From contig JYFJ02001341.1 of assembly GCA_000934665.2 (NCBI GenBank), positions 1-64,000 of the forward strand: DNA of 64,000 nt. Direction: 5' to 3'. Under the pieces are notes generated by a model that was not told where the DNA came from, searched no databases, and saw nothing but the letters and a program-made list of their open reading frames with translations. The translations under genes and the position numbers were made by a program. Positions 62,601 through 64,000 of this stretch are shown one piece after another. This stretch comes from Catajapyx aquilonaris. Taxonomy: Eukaryota. Numbering within the stretch: position 1 is the stretch's first letter; every line of letters starts with the position of its first letter.

Positions 62601-63808
62601 CCGTCTGTTGACTTGATCGCTACACAGCGGATGAAAGGACTACTAGAGGCATCCATAATGTATAATCTCCGTCAGACGGAGACCTTTTCATATAGCCTGC
62701 CGGCACGTATGAATTAATACCCGCAAGATCACACACCGAGGAAAATGGCGCTTACCTCAATCTCCTTTTCCACATAGAGAACACTCCGTTCCTCTCTGCT
62801 GCTCATGACGGTCAAGTAGGGATTGCGAAATCTCCTGCCGCTGCAATCGCTGGAAACATAAATTCATGTGTCTGACTCACCGGATATTCAAATAAATACA
62901 CTACAAATGTAAATAAATAAATAGTATATAGTAAGCCACGTGTTGCATTTGCGCCAACCTTGATGGGTTGGAGGTATAGAGGACGTTGGAGTGACACGTG
63001 GCACGGATCGGTACCGGTCCGGACCGGTCCAGCTTGAACCAGATGAGCCACCATCTCTTCAGCTTCTTGCTGTATCGGCGCCACAGAAACATGGCGCTTA
63101 AAGCCACCACTAAGGTTATGGCCACTGCCGGAAGCACCACAGGCAGGATCAGCTTCTATATGAGAGAATCAAATGTGTGAAGTGTTGCGCTGTACAGTAT
63201 ACGAGTGAGCGACAAATTACCTGTTGATATTCAGCTACAGTCGTCGCAGTGCCGGTAAACTCCGCCGTTGCTGTTGAAATAACAATGCAGTTAAATTACC
63301 AAGACACTCCAAATTGCACTCTTTAAAGTTGATAATGGCGTCAATTTTGTTGCCATGATAAATTAAGACAATGGCGACGTTATTTTGACTTACTCGGAAG
63401 CACGTGCTCCAAAGATGCACTCTTGCAGCCGTAGTTGTCAACAGCGAAGATGGTCAGGTTGTATTTGGTGTTGAACGACACATTTCCAAGCTGAGCGACG
63501 TATATCTTCTTGTCTCCAGAGAGACCCGACACATTCTTAGCGACAATAGTTCTGGAGTGTGCCCCGCTGCTCAGTCTAGAAATGAGATGGTGCAGGTAAT
63601 TATTAAGCAGGGGCATGCCTATGATAATTGGGGTCTTACCTGAGGGTGAAGTAGGCAACAGTTCTATTGAGGGATAATCCCGTTGGATAACTCCATGACA
63701 CGGCCACTGTCAGGTTGTTCATGGCTTGCGGGATTTGTTGGAGAGTTTGCAGAATCGGTGGTTGCAGCCGTGACTTTGTAGAACACTGGCACAATCCACC
63801 GGCGCAGG
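59403..63808 (-). CDS. Tie: Receptor tyrosine kinase, Drosophila Tie-like (FN3 ectodomain, TM, split kinase); 5'-partial, 13 exons in window
   Basis: Phase-consistent GT-AG exons: 63808-63640, 63575-63394, 63270-63221, 63155-62959, 62849-62756, 62420-62255, 61908-61748, 61690-61539, 61468-61293, 61086-60936, 60867-60656, 60594-60498, 59607-59403. Motifs [70 protein letters not shown]. RTK identity is secure; the Tie assignment rests on recalled similarity of the activation loop (about 0.7). Confidence 0.93.
60498..60594 (-). CDS. Tie: RTK exon: subdomain X
   Basis: GFPYPTIQDRDLLKFLLEGKRLDRPDNVAQEL; acceptor ctctttttag, donor gtacgt. Not in the ORF track. Confidence 0.93.
60656..60867 (-). 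CDS. Tie: RTK exon: catalytic loop to subdomain IX
   Basis: DLAARNILI...KISDFGLSR...PLRW...[17 protein letters not shown]. Confidence 0.95.
60936..61086 (-). CDS. Tie: RTK exon: end of insert and subdomain VIa
   Basis: LDMKELQDFALHIARGMAHLEEKGITHR; acceptor cgttttccag, donor gtacac. Confidence 0.93.
61109..61187. mobile_element. 79-bp mariner-type MITE in an RTK intron
   Basis: TA-CGGGGTGGTAC ... GCACCACCCTG-TA; a related end (TA-CAGGGTGGTGC...TGGAACTGTG) occurs at 39701-39780. Confidence 0.55.
61293..61468 (-). CDS. Tie: RTK exon: Ser/Cys-rich kinase insert
   Basis: SCHTSTSGSSTGGSS...SYIVPDC...; phases 2/1 fit both neighbours. Confidence 0.8.
61539..61690 (-). CDS. Tie: RTK exon: start of kinase insert
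   Basis: YLRRLRYEYEKR...ILLSR; acceptor tgtcgcag, donor gtaaga. Confidence 0.85.
61748..61908 (-). CDS. Tie: RTK exon: kinase subdomains III-V
   Basis: DFLAEIAMLKRVGYHPNIVTMLACC...VMEFIPRGDLLQ; donor gtaaaa. Confidence 0.93.
62255..62420 (-). CDS. Tie: RTK exon: kinase subdomains I-II
   Basis: EEIGRGAFGCV...VAVKRLK; acceptor ccttcgcag, donor gtgagt. Confidence 0.93.
62756..62849 (-). CDS. Tie: RTK exon: cytoplasmic juxtamembrane (DCSGRRFRNPYLTVMSSREERSVLYVEKEIE)
   Basis: Acceptor tgtttccag, donor gtaagc; phases 2/0 fit. Confidence 0.8.
62959..63155 (-). CDS. Tie: RTK exon: transmembrane helix (LILPVVLPAVAITLVVALSAMFLW-RRYSKK)
   Basis: Hydrophobic stretch followed by basic stop-transfer residues; acceptor ctctcatatag, donor gttggc. 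Confidence 0.88.
63221..63270 (-). CDS. Tie: RTK exon: juxtamembrane stalk (TAEFTGTATTVAEYQQ)
   Basis: Acceptor ttatttcaacag, donor gtaatt; phases 1/0 fit both neighbours. Confidence 0.75.
63394..63575 (-). CDS. Tie: RTK exon: C-terminal half of FN3-like domain (LGNVSFNTKYNLTIFAVDNYG)
   Basis: FN3-type L..NT.Y.L.I.AV..G signature; acceptor catttctag, donor gtaagt. Confidence 0.88.
63640..63808 (-). CDS. Tie: RTK exon: N-terminal half of FN3-like domain (CAGGLCQC...NLTVAVSWSYP...YFTLR)
   Basis: Acceptor ttatttcag, donor gtaaga; open frame; phase 2 joins the next exon. Confidence 0.85.
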
Positions 63809-64000
63809 CTGAAATAATGAGAGAGGCGGATTATTATTTGGGCATAGTTTCACGAACTTCAAAGGGTCAACTGTGGACCGTCTGAGCAAAAGAGGTGGTC
63901 ACCCAGCAAATATGCACTTGATAGATTCTAATTCAGGGAAACGTGTCTGTAAGGGACTTTGCTGGATTCAAATTAAACATGTCCACGAGGAACTTTTTTT

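Noticed and set aside
59403..63808. Calling the RTK torso, Ret, FGFR or Cad96Ca
   Set aside because: The short single-Tyr activation loop [25 protein letters not shown] fits recalled Tie-like sequences better than the DFGLxRD...Y loops of those families; needs phylogeny to settle.
1..64000. Prokaryotic systems (CRISPR arrays, operons, IS elements) or autonomous transposon/viral ORFs
   Set aside because: The sequence is intron-containing eukaryotic DNA; no spaced repeat arrays, transposase or reverse-transcriptase motifs were seen.

Overview
This is eukaryotic DNA, most likely from an arthropod: spliced genes with many 60-100 nt GT-AG introns and TCAGTY-type initiator motifs. The ORF track is mostly noise. 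Three minus-strand genes are visible. (1) At the right end, 13 exons of a receptor tyrosine kinase (FN3 domain, transmembrane helix, split kinase domain; stop at 59403) that most resembles Drosophila Tie and continues past the window. (2) A complete 5-exon BAMBI-like kinase-less TGF-beta/BMP pseudoreceptor (58072-42152) with a ~14.8 kb first intron. (3) The 5' end of an unidentified secreted or membrane-protein gene whose body lies left of the window. It appears to have three alternative signal-peptide exons (31277-31355, 6566-6632, 552-672), all ending in phase-1 donors, plus a candidate 9-nt in-frame microexon (16743-16751). Non-coding highlights are a ~190-270 nt fold-back at 35776-36041 with strong plus-strand G:U bias and an upstream TATA-like motif (candidate hairpin RNA), two copies of a Sola1-like MITE, several pogo/mariner MITEs and palindromes, and many TGGCGCC (BMP-Smad bre7) motifs. 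All calls were made by hand from the sequence; no database searches or folding programs were run.
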